A stretch of 64,000 bases of DNA from an uncultured bacterium (GTDB lineage Bacteria; Muiribacteriota; UBA9980): positions 5,203 to 69,202 of the forward strand of contig CAYQWL010000001.1 of the NCBI GenBank assembly GCA_964421195.1. Reading direction: 5' to 3'. Positions within the stretch are counted from its first letter, which is position 1, and every line of letters starts with the position of its first letter. Positions 38,552 through 49,500 of the stretch are shown piece after piece. Below the pieces are notes generated by a model that was not told the origin of the DNA, did no database searches, and worked only from the letters and a program-made list of their open reading frames with translations. A program made the translations under genes and the position numbers.

Positions 38552-41500
38552 TTAATTAGATATAGTTAAAGAAGTAAGGCTGTGTTTTTCATATGCGGCG
38601 CCGGTAATGCCCGAAACGCCGAGATACAGATACTTACCGTCAATCAGTGATATATTTGCAGGATTATAAGAATGAGTTATCTTAACATCACCTTCACCCG
38701 CTATGGCTGACTGCGAATAATATACCTTCCACTCGTTGCCGACAGCCGTATATTTAATTCTGACATAACGAAGAGGGTGTTCAGAAGTAGCATGAAATTC
38801 GGTAGTGGTGTTGCCGGGGAGCCATTCGCGATCGGTTTTTGTCATTTTCTGAATATTAAGCGTCGGATCCGTACCAAGAGGCGCCGACTGATCATCCGGA
38901 TATTTAATACTTATACTGTGCGCCTGAGTGTCAAACCCGCCGTTTAAGTAAGTATCGAAATCTACATAGAAACAATTGTTAATATATGAATTTATCCATT
39001 GGGCGGGCGCAAAAGCCTGCAATTCAGAAGGCGTGTATTTGGTCGCCATGAATATGATGCCGTCCGCGCCGCCGCCAGAAGGATTTTCAATTTTAAATGT
39101 AAAATCAACGGTAAAGTCTTTAGTCACATCAACTTTGTTTTCGAAGACGGCTATTCCGTTCTTGCCTTCCGCCTCAGGCGTCAACACCATATTATTACCT
39201 TCAAAAACTGCGTCTTTTAACAGTAAAACAGGAGTGCCGCGATACCAGGAGGCGGTCGTTGATGCTGTAAAACCGGAATCTTTTAACTTTAAAGTGAATT
39301 TATACGCATTCGAAGCGGATAAAACAGGGTTTGGAGTATATGATGTCTGGGGACCGGAAAACCAATTAACAAGATAAGTTCCGCTGCCGATCGGTCCGAT
39401 GTATTCGATATCCATGCCGCCTGTATCGGTATCCGGCGGATTCGTCCAGTCAATCTTGATATTACCGCCCGAGTCGGATACTATTACATTCGTTACCGGC
39501 GACAATCCCACATTGAATGACGGCGGCGCGGGCGTAGTTATGGCGCCTTTCGACGCGGTTATTGTATCGCCGTTTTTAGCCTTCGATATTTTGACATTGC
39601 CCGTCCATACGCCGTTTGTGAAATTACCTGTAACAGTAGGCGAAATCTTGTTTGTTGAATTGGTTAAGTTCGCCGTCACCGATTCATAAACGCCATTACC
39701 TGAATCATAAACCGTATTTGTGTTATTATTAGCATCCTTCGCAGTAACCGTTATCGAAAAATTAACACCGGTTTTTTGCGCCGCTATAGCAGCTATTTCA
39801 AACTTAGCGAGTGAAACGAAAGTAGAGTTATTCGTAACGGCGCGAGCCGCAAAGTTAGATAATTCGAGGCCTTCAGTACATTTAACGCCGCTGGCGCCGC
39901 GCGTGTAAGCCAATTTAACCGTGCTCATATCGCTTCCGACGGCTTTTGTCAGCGTAAGTTCGACTATGCTCTTATCGTCGGCGTTAAGCGCAACTGCCGT
40001 CACCACATCATCGTAAGACGAACCGAGAGTCGCCGTAAATCCGGCGGGCGCCGCAGGCAACGACGAAGATATGATTTTATTGAATTTAACAAGAATTTTA
40101 GTTCCGTCGGCGCTGGTTTGCACGCTCGAAACCGAAGGCGGAATCAACGCGATCGTATTGACGCGCGTTTTCGATACAGCCGCCTGCGCGATGCCGTATT
40201 CATTAACGGCGGCTGAGAATATGTCGTAGGATGTGCCGACGCCGAGGTTGGTAAAGTTAATATAAGCGATATTATTGGCGGCCACTTCGACCGTGCCTTT
40301 AAGGTTAGACGCTAATTCAACATCGGAGGCGTTTTTACCCGTTATTACCTGCGCTACTGAAGGTTCGGGCGCGTTAGCCGAAAGACATACAGCGTAAATC
40401 AAAGCTTTTTTATCGACCGTCGCACTTAAACGTACAGAAGTGTAGCCCGTAGGCTGGCCCTGCGGATAGCCGGAAGCCCAGGCAGGCGGCAGATTATCGA
40501 TGGTTTTCATCGTAACGACAGCCGGATTTGCCTGTATGGCGCCATATTCATCTTCCGCTACGGCATATATATCGTATTCAACCGCGCTTTCAAGGCCGCT
40601 GAATATATGCACGGCTTCCGAATCGGATCTGTCCATAGCGATAACCGCCTTCATGGCGGCATTCAGCGCCGCGCCCGAAGCGTCGATGCCCGCTTTAACC
40701 TGCGCCGCCGTGAGAGCGGCAGCGCCCGATTTAAGGCATGCAAGATATACCGAACCCGTCTCATTGTCTTTTACGCTGACTTTAATTTTATTAAAATCCG
40801 GAGTTTCGGCTTTCGGATAATCGGCAACCCATATAGGCGCGACATTATTGAGCGTTTTAAGTTTCACTACGGCAGGCTGTGTCTGTAAATTTTCATAGCC
40901 GTCTTCCGCTACGGCATAAACCGCATATTCAGTATTGTTATCCAGACCGGCGAAGATATGCGCCAGCGCGCCGCCTTCAACGGTATAATCGAGCGCCGCT
41001 TTCATGCCCGCCGCAACGGACGCGCCGAAAGCGTTCTGGCCGGCTTTGACCTGCGCTGCCGTTGGGGCCGCTTCTGACGCTTTAAGACAAATGAGGTAAA
41101 TTTTGCCGTCTTCGTTTACCGCAAGCGAAACTTTAAGTTTAAAATATTCCGGCGCCGCGATAGCGGGATAACCGGCAACCCATAACGGCGCGATTTTATC
41201 CGCAGCGATATATGCTTTAGATTCAGGCGCGCTATTACCTAGCGCGTCGGTATATACGGCCATAACTTCAACCGTGCCGGTTATAGCGACCGGAACACCG
41301 CCCGGATTATTAAGATTAAACGAACCGGTAACGGCGTTCCCGTTACCGGGCGCGCCTGTTTCATAAATAATACCGGGCGTCGAAGCGCCGAATACGGGAA
41401 TAACGCCGTCAAGCGAAGCTTTCGCCGCTATCGTAACGGCGCCGCCATTAGAAAGCGTTACTTTAAGGCTTTCGCCGGCATTTAACATAACGCCAGGACG

Positions 41501-44500
41501 AAGAGTAAGCGCAGATTTTCCAGATTCGGCAATTACGCCGGCCTTAGCGTCCGCGCCGCCGTCGCCCGCAAGCAGCATTTTAACCGGCGTATTCAATTTT
41601 GGAACCGCCGCATTGTAAAATTCGGACGCGGCGCCTATATTGCCGTTTGAATCGCCGAACGCCGCGCAAACTTTATCGCCCGGCAAAACTTTTAACGCGA
41701 ATTCGTTATCGCCTGAAATAAGCGCCGGCCCGACATCTTTCCAGATATTTCCGCCGTCGGTCGAAACTAATGGCACTAACCCGGACGCTTTACCCGACGG
41801 GTTTTTAAATGTAATTTTGCCGCCGGCCGCGTCAACGAAGAAATCGCCGTCGGCGATCATATTATTGCGCGGTTTCATGACCGGCTTCGATTTGGCCGTA
41901 AGCCATGTGTTCCCGCCTGGTTCGGCATAATACAACTCCACTTCATTTGACGCGCCCGGCTCATAAGCGAACACATTGTCTTCCGCGCCCGCGCTTATCT
42001 TTCCGGCTTCCGCGCCGTTGATATAAACGGTATAGCCGTCGAGCGCGCCGCCGTTATTATTGACCGCGACTTTCTTAAGCGCGGCGTTTACCGTAAAATC
42101 GCCTGCGACGGCACCCGTTAAACGATTCGCCGCTTCTTTTAAGATATAATCATTCGAAGCAAACGATACATTGCCCGTCTTCCATTCAAGTAAAGCGACG
42201 CGCACGCCGTTTCCGGCCTGGATATATTCATTCATCGGAAGAATGTTAATGCCCATATCACTCACGGCCTCGGTCGAATTCCAGCCCGCGCCGCCGTCGG
42301 TCGAATAAAAAATATTAAACCCGGTCAGCGAGCCGTCGGAATTATCGACCGATATCTTTTTAGCGTGGCCTTCTATTTTATAAGTTCCCCCGCCCGAAAT
42401 AGCGTTTACGGGAGCGGCGGCGGGCGCCGCGCCTGATTTTTGCGTCAGCGAAAAATTACCCTTTTTATCGCGGACCGCCATTTTTATTTTACTCGCCGCG
42501 TTCATCGTGATATCAAAATTCTGCCCGATTCCGGCGCTGATAGTTCCGAGCGTCCGCCACGACGCGCCGTCGTCAACCGATATATATATGGAAAATCCGT
42601 CGCGCGCGCCGTCGAAGTTAGTTATTGCAACCTGGCCAAGCAGCGCCTTTATGCTGAAATTGCCGAAACCTTCGGCAAGGTTTTCAGGCGCGCCATAAAC
42701 AAAAACTTTAGAAGCCTGGCTGACGCTCTTATCTTTATAACTGAACGCGACCGATAAAATATCGCCGGCCGCAGACTGCCAGGGCAGTTTATACGATACC
42801 GTAGGGCCGGCCGAATATTCTACGCCGCTCGATGCCGCCGGTGAAAGAAGTTCAGCTTCGCCTGAATTAAGCGCCGCGATTATCGAAATATCTGAGATGA
42901 ACCCGCCTGAATTATTAAAAATCAATTCATTGGAACGGCCGTCATATATAAAATTACCGGCCTCAGGCAATGACGAATTAAACGGCGCGGATTTTACCGC
43001 TACGCCGCGCGCGGGCTGAACGTAAATATCGTCATCGGTATAATCAGGCGTTCCATTATTCGACGATAAATAATAACTGATATATTCGCCGGCGTTCCAT
43101 GCCGACCTTACATGCAGTGGTATTACAAATTTACCGGTATCATCCGGCATTATCGGTTCTAAAAAACCTTCGGTAAGCAAAACGCCCGCCGATTCATTCG
43201 CCCCGGTATAAACGTGCACGGAAACGGCGTTGTCATTAAACATCAGCAGCCGTGCCCTTTCTTCAATACCGAACGGCGCGCTCATAACTATCGCGCCCAG
43301 CGAAGCGTCGAACGCCCAGCGGTTCGGAGTATTCTCCTCATCCATGCCGTAAACCGGCGGCTTAAAAATTATGCCGAGTTTCACTATTGTGGAATCATCG
43401 CCTTTGCGTCTCACATAAATTTCACTGCCATGGCTCACTCCGCTAAGATCCACTTCAGCGTCAGCGCCGGAATACCATATCCATTGTTCATCCGGAATTC
43501 CGCCGTTAAGACAGTATTCCATATCCAGCGGAACGGCCGATAAATAAAGCTTGCCGGCGCCGTCTTTAAGCGATATAGTATATAACCCGGCCGCGCCGCC
43601 GCCTTTTTTTATAATCAACTGTTCGCCTTCGTTTATATCTTTTTTAGTCAGCGGTGAGCTTATAGAATTGCCGGCAAGATCGGTAAATGTTATCATAAAA
43701 TCGAAATCAACGGCGAATTCGCTGCCGTCGAGATAACGCGCTATCGTCCAGTTGCGATCGTCGGTATTGCGAATAGTAACGGGTTTTCCCATCATAGACG
43801 CCGTTACGTTTTTAACCGCTTCGTCGGTTACAAGCGAAATCACTATCCTGTCGCCGAGTTCGGCTACCGACGGGCCCGACGCGTTAGACGAAGCGGCCGA
43901 TAATTTTACTCGCCGCGGCGCGATCGTATCTTTTTTCACCCGCACGCTTAATTCGCCCTTCGATTCGCCGTTCGCGCCGGCCGCTTTTATTTTAATTTCA
44001 TTCGTTTCACCCTCGACTAATTTTGATATATCAACCGGTAAAACCGCCATATTATTAACCGCATTAACCGACGAAACGCCGTCTAAGACGTTATTTCCGG
44101 AAACGGCGGCCGTAATATGCCAGCCCGGCGCCGCCGCGACGATAATATCGAAGTCGGAATTAACGGCCGTGCCGCCGCGCTTCGGCTCTATTTCAAACAT
44201 CGCCAGAGGCGGATCAGTGGATACTTCGCCCGTTATTTCAAACGAAGCATTGGAAATATCGGAATCGGCCATGCCGTCTTTAAACGCTATAGCATTAACT
44301 ACCGAGCTTTTATTAAGCATGAACGACGATGAATAAAACTCGCCGGTTGAAAATGAAGGAAGCCTGCCGTCAAGAGTAAATTTGATCAAAGCGCCCGGCG
44401 TGGCGCATGAAATAGACACCGCCTGCGGCTTATCGTAAACGCCGCCGGCCGGCCTTATAACGGGCGCGGCAACCTGCTCGCGCGGCGAATTATCTATGTC

Positions 44501-46474
44501 GTAATACGCCGTCGTAACCGAAGAATCGGCCATGTTATCCGCGAAAGCGGCCGCGTTGAGCTCCGCGCTTTCTTTTATCGATACCGGCGCGGAATAGAGA
44601 ATCCCGCTCGTTTTTTTAGGCGCGCTCCCATCGAGAGTATAGCGGATAAATGCGCCCGGCGTGTCCGTGGTTATAGTTACGGTTTGTGCGCGGTTATACG
44701 AACCGCCCGCTATATCAAAACGCGGCGCCGATACTTTCGGCGGCGGCGTCATAATACGGTATGAGGCCGTCATAACCGAAGACTGCGAACCGTTTAAAAC
44801 CGCGACGGCATTTATTACCATATTCGAATTCACTAAAATTCTATCCTGATAGATCGTTCCGACGCTCGCTGAAGGCGTCGTACCATCGGTCGTATATCTG
44901 ATGAAGGCGCCCGGCGTTTTAGTAACGAGCCCGACTTTAACGGCCTCATCATAACTTCCGGCGGGCGGCCCCGCGACAGGAGCAGCTGCGGCGGCGGGTT
45001 TCAGTATAACCACCTTCGAAGAGTCCGTAGTCACGACGATGATGCCGCTCGATGTCTTCCCGTTCACGCCGATAACCGGTTCGATCGAAAAGCTGAAAAC
45101 CTTATCGGCCTCTTCTACATCGACGCGGGCTGCATATTCGGAATCGGATATTTTATAAACCGCCGCTTTACGGCCGAATATATAAACTATGGGTTCTGAT
45201 GCGAGCGCCTTATCGCTATTAATTGACAATGTAACGGTTTCACCGGCGGCGGCGGCCGAAGGCGAAACCGAAACCGATGTAAGACGCGGCGGATTCAAAT
45301 CAACCGGCGCCGAAGTCATTTTTGAAAAAACTTTATTTATGACCGCGGAAGTTGAACGGGAGTCGATAATCGTTCCGCCGATATTAATCGAAGTGGTTAT
45401 ATTCGGAACGCTTTTAACGATATCATAGTTTTTAACGCAATTAGTAAAGCAGTCAAGCGTGCCGCCGATAAAGCTCGTTTTCGACTTAAGCAGCGATGCA
45501 AGGGTTTTTTGATTATCTTTAGATACGCTGTTCGAATTAAAAACTTTATTTACCGTCGTAACCGCGTTCGAAAACTGATTAATGCTCGATGAATCTTTGA
45601 ACCATGAGCTGACAACTTTATTGACGGTCGAAATATTCGTCACCGCCGGATCTTTTGAAGAAAATACTTTATTACTTGAAGATTGCGAACTAAAAATCTT
45701 TTTAACGGCCGATGAAAAGAAATTAATATTCGAACTCATATTATTTTCGATATTAGCCATCGAAAGAACCGTTGTCTGACTGTTTATTTCGAAATCTTTA
45801 ATCGTCAGCATGCCAGAGCCGTAATTAATAATGCGCGAAACTCCGCCGGCAGCGGGAGAAGCCGCCGCGGCTGGATCGGAAGCAAAAAAAGATTTGTCAG
45901 GCAGGCATCCGAGAGGCGCTAAAAGCATCGCTATGCCGTTATTTTTATCGACAATCGCCAGCGTGGCGTCCGGCGTATTATCATTGACGGGAATATTAAT
46001 GCTGTAATTCAACTTGCCGTCCGCGGCGTTTATTTTATCTGAACTCGCGATTACCGCGCCCGAATTAAGCAGGCGGCCGAAATCGCCGGAACTCTGATAC
46101 GACGGCGCATAAGCGGGACCGCTCATTAAAGAGGCGGACGCCCCGCCCGCAATCGACCTGCGAAAATCCATATAGGCTTTATTTTCGAGAACGACAACCG
46201 AAAGTTGCGATAAATCGGCCGAACCCGCGCGCGAAGCGCCGGGCGCCGAAAGCGATGAAGCATCGAGGCCGAGCGAAACAGGATCTATTTCGCCTTCTAG
46301 CGTTATAGACGGGCCTGACGCGGACGCGCCGCCGGGTGACGGCACCGAATCGCCGCCCCCGCCTCCGCCGCAGCCGGTAAAATTAAAGACTAAAACGGAA
46401 ACAATCACCAGAACTATTATATATTTTAACGCGCTTAACGAATTATGCGCCGAATTATATATTTTTTTATTCAT
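38552..46474 (-). CDS. Giant surface lipoprotein A (2,640 aa): lipobox + Gly-rich linker, 3 CHB_HEX_C-like domains, 3×~115-aa Ig/FN3-like repeats, many β-sandwich modules, C-terminal L-type-lectin-like domain
   Basis: Lipobox 'FTGC' followed by GGGGGGDSVPSPGG. 'PGAFIRYTTDGTTPSASVGTIYQDRI'-type units ×3. Triplicated 'APLWVAGYP...EYAVYAVAEDGYEN' units. C-terminal 'ADGIIFMATKY...' concanavalin-like signature. RBS AAGGGGG. Confidence 0.85.
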   Translation of the reverse strand: MNKKIYNSAHNSLSALKYIIVLVIVSVLVFNFTGCGGGGGGDSVPSPGGASASGPSITLEGEIDPVSLGLDASSLSAPGASRAGSADLSQLSVVVLENKAYMDFRRSIAGGASASLMSGPAYAPSYQSSGDFGRLLNSGAVIASSDKINAADGKLNYSINIPVNDNTPDATLAIVDKNNGIAMLLAPLGCLPDKSFFASDPAAAASPAAGGVSRIINYGSGMLTIKDFEINSQTTVLSMANIENNMSSNINFFSSAVKKIFSSQSSSNKVFSSKDPAVTNISTVNKVVSSWFKDSSSINQFSNAVTTVNKVFNSNSVSKDNQKTLASLLKSKTSFIGGTLDCFTNCVKNYDIVKSVPNITTSINIGGTIIDSRSTSAVINKVFSKMTSAPVDLNPPRLTSVSVSPSAAAAGETVTLSINSDKALASEPIVYIFGRKAAVYKISDSEYAARVDVEEADKVFSFSIEPVIGVNGKTSSGIIVVTTDSSKVVILKPAAAAAPVAGPPAGSYDEAVKVGLVTKTPGAFIRYTTDGTTPSASVGTIYQDRILVNSNMVINAVAVLNGSQSSVMTASYRIMTPPPKVSAPRFDIAGGSYNRAQTVTITTDTPGAFIRYTLDGSAPKKTSGILYSAPVSIKESAELNAAAFADNMADSSVTTAYYDIDNSPREQVAAPVIRPAGGVYDKPQAVSISCATPGALIKFTLDGRLPSFSTGEFYSSSFMLNKSSVVNAIAFKDGMADSDISNASFEITGEVSTDPPLAMFEIEPKRGGTAVNSDFDIIVAAAPGWHITAAVSGNNVLDGVSSVNAVNNMAVLPVDISKLVEGETNEIKIKAAGANGESKGELSVRVKKDTIAPRRVKLSAASSNASGPSVAELGDRIVISLVTDEAVKNVTASMMGKPVTIRNTDDRNWTIARYLDGSEFAVDFDFMITFTDLAGNSISSPLTKKDINEGEQLIIKKGGGAAGLYTISLKDGAGKLYLSAVPLDMEYCLNGGIPDEQWIWYSGADAEVDLSGVSHGSEIYVRRKGDDSTIVKLGIIFKPPVYGMDEENTPNRWAFDASLGAIVMSAPFGIEERARLLMFNDNAVSVHVYTGANESAGVLLTEGFLEPIMPDDTGKFVIPLHVRSAWNAGEYISYYLSSNNGTPDYTDDDIYVQPARGVAVKSAPFNSSLPEAGNFIYDGRSNELIFNNSGGFISDISIIAALNSGEAELLSPAASSGVEYSAGPTVSYKLPWQSAAGDILSVAFSYKDKSVSQASKVFVYGAPENLAEGFGNFSIKALLGQVAITNFDGARDGFSIYISVDDGASWRTLGTISAGIGQNFDITMNAASKIKMAVRDKKGNFSLTQKSGAAPAAAPVNAISGGGTYKIEGHAKKISVDNSDGSLTGFNIFYSTDGGAGWNSTEAVSDMGINILPMNEYIQAGNGVRVALLEWKTGNVSFASNDYILKEAANRLTGAVAGDFTVNAALKKVAVNNNGGALDGYTVYINGAEAGKISAGAEDNVFAYEPGASNEVELYYAEPGGNTWLTAKSKPVMKPRNNMIADGDFFVDAAGGKITFKNPSGKASGLVPLVSTDGGNIWKDVGPALISGDNEFALKVLPGDKVCAAFGDSNGNIGAASEFYNAAVPKLNTPVKMLLAGDGGADAKAGVIAESGKSALTLRPGVMLNAGESLKVTLSNGGAVTIAAKASLDGVIPVFGASTPGIIYETGAPGNGNAVTGSFNLNNPGGVPVAITGTVEVMAVYTDALGNSAPESKAYIAADKIAPLWVAGYPAIAAPEYFKLKVSLAVNEDGKIYLICLKASEAAPTAAQVKAGQNAFGASVAAGMKAALDYTVEGGALAHIFAGLDNNTEYAVYAVAEDGYENLQTQPAVVKLKTLNNVAPIWVADYPKAETPDFNKIKVSVKDNETGSVYLACLKSGAAALTAAQVKAGIDASGAALNAAMKAVIAMDRSDSEAVHIFSGLESAVEYDIYAVAEDEYGAIQANPAVVTMKTIDNLPPAWASGYPQGQPTGYTSVRLSATVDKKALIYAVCLSANAPEPSVAQVITGKNASDVELASNLKGTVEVAANNIAYINFTNLGVGTSYDIFSAAVNEYGIAQAAVSKTRVNTIALIPPSVSSVQTSADGTKILVKFNKIISSSLPAAPAGFTATLGSSYDDVVTAVALNADDKSIVELTLTKAVGSDMSTVKLAYTRGASGVKCTEGLELSNFAARAVTNNSTFVSLAKFEIAAIAAQKTGVNFSITVTAKDANNNTNTVYDSGNGVYESVTANLTNSTNKISPTVTGNFTNGVWTGNVKISKAKNGDTITASKGAITTPAPPSFNVGLSPVTNVIVSDSGGNIKIDWTNPPDTDTGGMDIEYIGPIGSGTYLVNWFSGPQTSYTPNPVLSASNAYKFTLKLKDSGFTASTTASWYRGTPVLLLKDAVFEGNNMVLTPEAEGKNGIAVFENKVDVTKDFTVDFTFKIENPSGGGADGIIFMATKYTPSELQAFAPAQWINSYINNCFYVDFDTYLNGGFDTQAHSISIKYPDDQSAPLGTDPTLNIQKMTKTDREWLPGNTTTEFHATSEHPLRYVRIKYTAVGNEWKVYYSQSAIAGEGDVKITHSYNPANISLIDGKYLYLGVSGITGAAYEKHSLTSLTISN

Positions 46475-46557
46475 AAAATTAACCCCCTTTTTAAAGTAAA
46501 GAAATACAATTAACTGCTAATATTTAACCGCCAGTTCTCTGAAATACGGTCAGTTTA

Positions 46558-49500
46558 TTAAGGGTTAATTTTAATAATATACCAGGAGCGATAGGGAAGT
46601 AGCATTTCAAATTCATTTAAATCATAAACATATTTACCAAAACCGCCGGCATAAATTGAGCCATCCGTATCCACTGCCATGCTCATAACCGTATCAGTGA
46701 ATAAAACGCCAACCGAACTCCATTCACTTCCATTCCACTTAGCAATTTTTCCCAGAGTGCCATATTTTTGTATATTTTTATCAGCATCCGCCGGAGGGGC
46801 CACGCCGTTTAAATTTTTGAAACTTCCCGACGCATATAAGACGCCCTTCGAATCGATGGCGATATCATAAACCCAGTGATCAAAACCTGAACCGAGCGCT
46901 TCCCAGGACGAGCCGTTCCATTTAGCTATATAATTAACATCAACGCCTCCCGCTTTCTTAAACCAGCCGCCGGCATATAAATTACCGGCATTATCACATT
47001 TTAAAGCCACAACGCGTTCATCCATGCCCGTGCCAAGCGTATTCCATTTCGTGCCGTCCCAGTTAGCTATGTATTTGCCGTTATCGCTATAAGCGGCATA
47101 ATTAAAAGCGCCGCCGATATAAACATTATCATTTTTATCGATCGCTACGCTATAAACCACGTTACCGCCAACTTTATAAGGAGAAGTGGTGCCTTTACTA
47201 ACCGCGCCTTCGCCGACGGCCGACCATTTTGCGCCATCCCACTTAGCAAAATAATTAACGGCTATACAATCGCCATTACTCTGCTCGGCAAGATTAAAAT
47301 AACCGCCGACATAAACATTATCTTTCGAATCACAGGCAATAGCATCAGGATAACAAGTAGTATTATAACGTTGTATGCCCGCTTTATTTTTGTCGTCCAT
47401 TCCGATACCTTTACCGAGCGCCGACCATTTTGCGCCGTCCCATTTAGCTATACCGTTGACTTTAACCCCTCCGATTTCAGTAAAATAGCCGCCGGCGTAT
47501 ATATTGCCTTTTGAATCCGCCGCTAAAGCAGTAATGTTGGCATAATTAGTTACGCCGGTGCCGAGCCCGGACCAGCTCTGGCCATCCCATTTAGCGATCC
47601 TGTTTATCACGGTGCCAACATTGCTATTTATCTCATTATCGTTTATAACTTCGAGTGCGGCTTTAGTAAAAGAGCCGCCGGCATATATATTGCCGCGCCC
47701 GTCGCTTATAACTTTATAAACGGTGTTATTAAATCCGCCGCCGCCGACGCGCTCAAAATTTTTCGCTTTTTTCAGCGAAATTTTTAACAGCGCGGGCTCT
47801 TTCTGATTAATAGAAAATGAACGAACTACGATGAACACCGAATATTCAGCGTTTGCCGGCAGATTTTTGATAGTAAACGAAAGCTCGGTATCGGTATAGA
47901 TAGCTTTTATGCCGGACGCCGTGAGCGTTACACCCTCGATCGCTCCATTTACAACATTTTCCGAAGGAACGCTTTCAAGTCCGGCGGATGCGGGCACGAC
48001 GATATAATAAGCCGTGCCGTAGCGGTTTACTTTAAGCGATAATTTAACCGAAGTATCAGAATCTTTTTCAATTTTTGGATATCCAGGGCTCCATGCCGCG
48101 CTTGAACTTATTATCGTAAACGGTTCGGCGCATGCGGCCGTAGCGCGGTTACCAACTTTATCGACGACGCTTACGCTGATTTTCCCCGTAGATATATCAA
48201 GCGATGGTATCAGCCAGTTATAGGAACCGGTATTTTCGAGACCCGCTTCTACGGTCGCCCAGCTCAATCCGTTATAAAACGATATTGTAACAGGCTTTTC
48301 AGGCATTCCGTTAGAATCGGAGGCCGACCATTTAATCATTATTCTATAACCGCCGTTCATTTTATATCCTCCGAAGTCGTTCCGCAACTTGACGACCGGC
48401 GGCGTGGTATCTATTACAAAAGTATTGCCGTCAACTATATCGATCGCCGTGCCTTTTTCATCTATAAGCCCGACGAACGCGTCGCCATCCATAAAATCAG
48501 AACCATTATTATCGTTTATTACATAATCATAATACCAGGTTTTTTTGTCAGCGCCGGGTTCCATCCACTTTTGCTGAACATCGGCTTTGCCCGGCTGGTC
48601 TATCGATATTCGCGGGCCTTTGGCGCCTTCATAATCTTCGTTGAACGAAGCCGTGATACGCATTTTTCCGGCGCCGGCCGGGTTCGCGCTAAATGAAAGT
48701 TTAGCGTAGTTAGGTATCTTCGTTCCAACCAGGAATGTTTGATTATTCGGGCGTTTTGAAATATTGCCCGCCGGATCGGTTACGGAAGAAAGCACGACCA
48801 CCGCGCGTCCGTCTGCGAATTCGCCGGATTCTCCGGTTTTAACGAAATAATCATAAGTCCACAAGGAATTTGTCGCGCCGGGGCTCATCGCCGTATCGGT
48901 GAGTTCATAAGAGCCCTGCTGGAATATCGATATATACGGAATATAGCCTTCGGCGAGCGGTTCGGAATATTCGGCCGTTATAGTTAGTTTGCCCGGCCGC
49001 GCGGGATTAGCGCTATATGAAAGCCAGACGCCTGGCTGTCTGGTATCGATGGTAAAATGCCTGTTCGACGGCTGGCTGAAAATTTTTCCGAATTCGTCCG
49101 CTACCTGCGAGATTGAAACCGTCACATCGCCGTCAATATATTCACAGCCATTATCAGGTTTTATAGAATACTCATAAGTCCACACCCGACGGTTATTTGA
49201 AGGCGACATCTTCTGATCTCTGATATATTCAAGACCGGAAGTAATTATATTAATCCCTGGAGTAACGCCGTTTTTAACGTCCTTTGAAAATACCGCCGTT
49301 ATAATAAGTTTGCCTTCTCTGAATATATTCGAATCAGTCTGGTTTTCGTTGCCTCTGAGCAGCTGCTTGCCTCTATAGATTTCACTGCCATCGGCCGCGC
49401 GCCGCGGGACCGTCGGTACGAACGCATAAGAAAGCGATACGGCCGGCGAGGATGTATTAATCGTAAACGACGCGTTAGTAGGCTGCTGAGCGGCATTGCC

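Noticed and set aside
38976-45779. Numerous 60-200-aa plus-strand ORFs inside giant gene A (for example 38976..39377, 43752..44336)
   Set aside because: They are antisense to a long, repeat-rich, GC-biased coding region. They have no RBS and show no motif-bearing translation. They are typical shadow ORFs.
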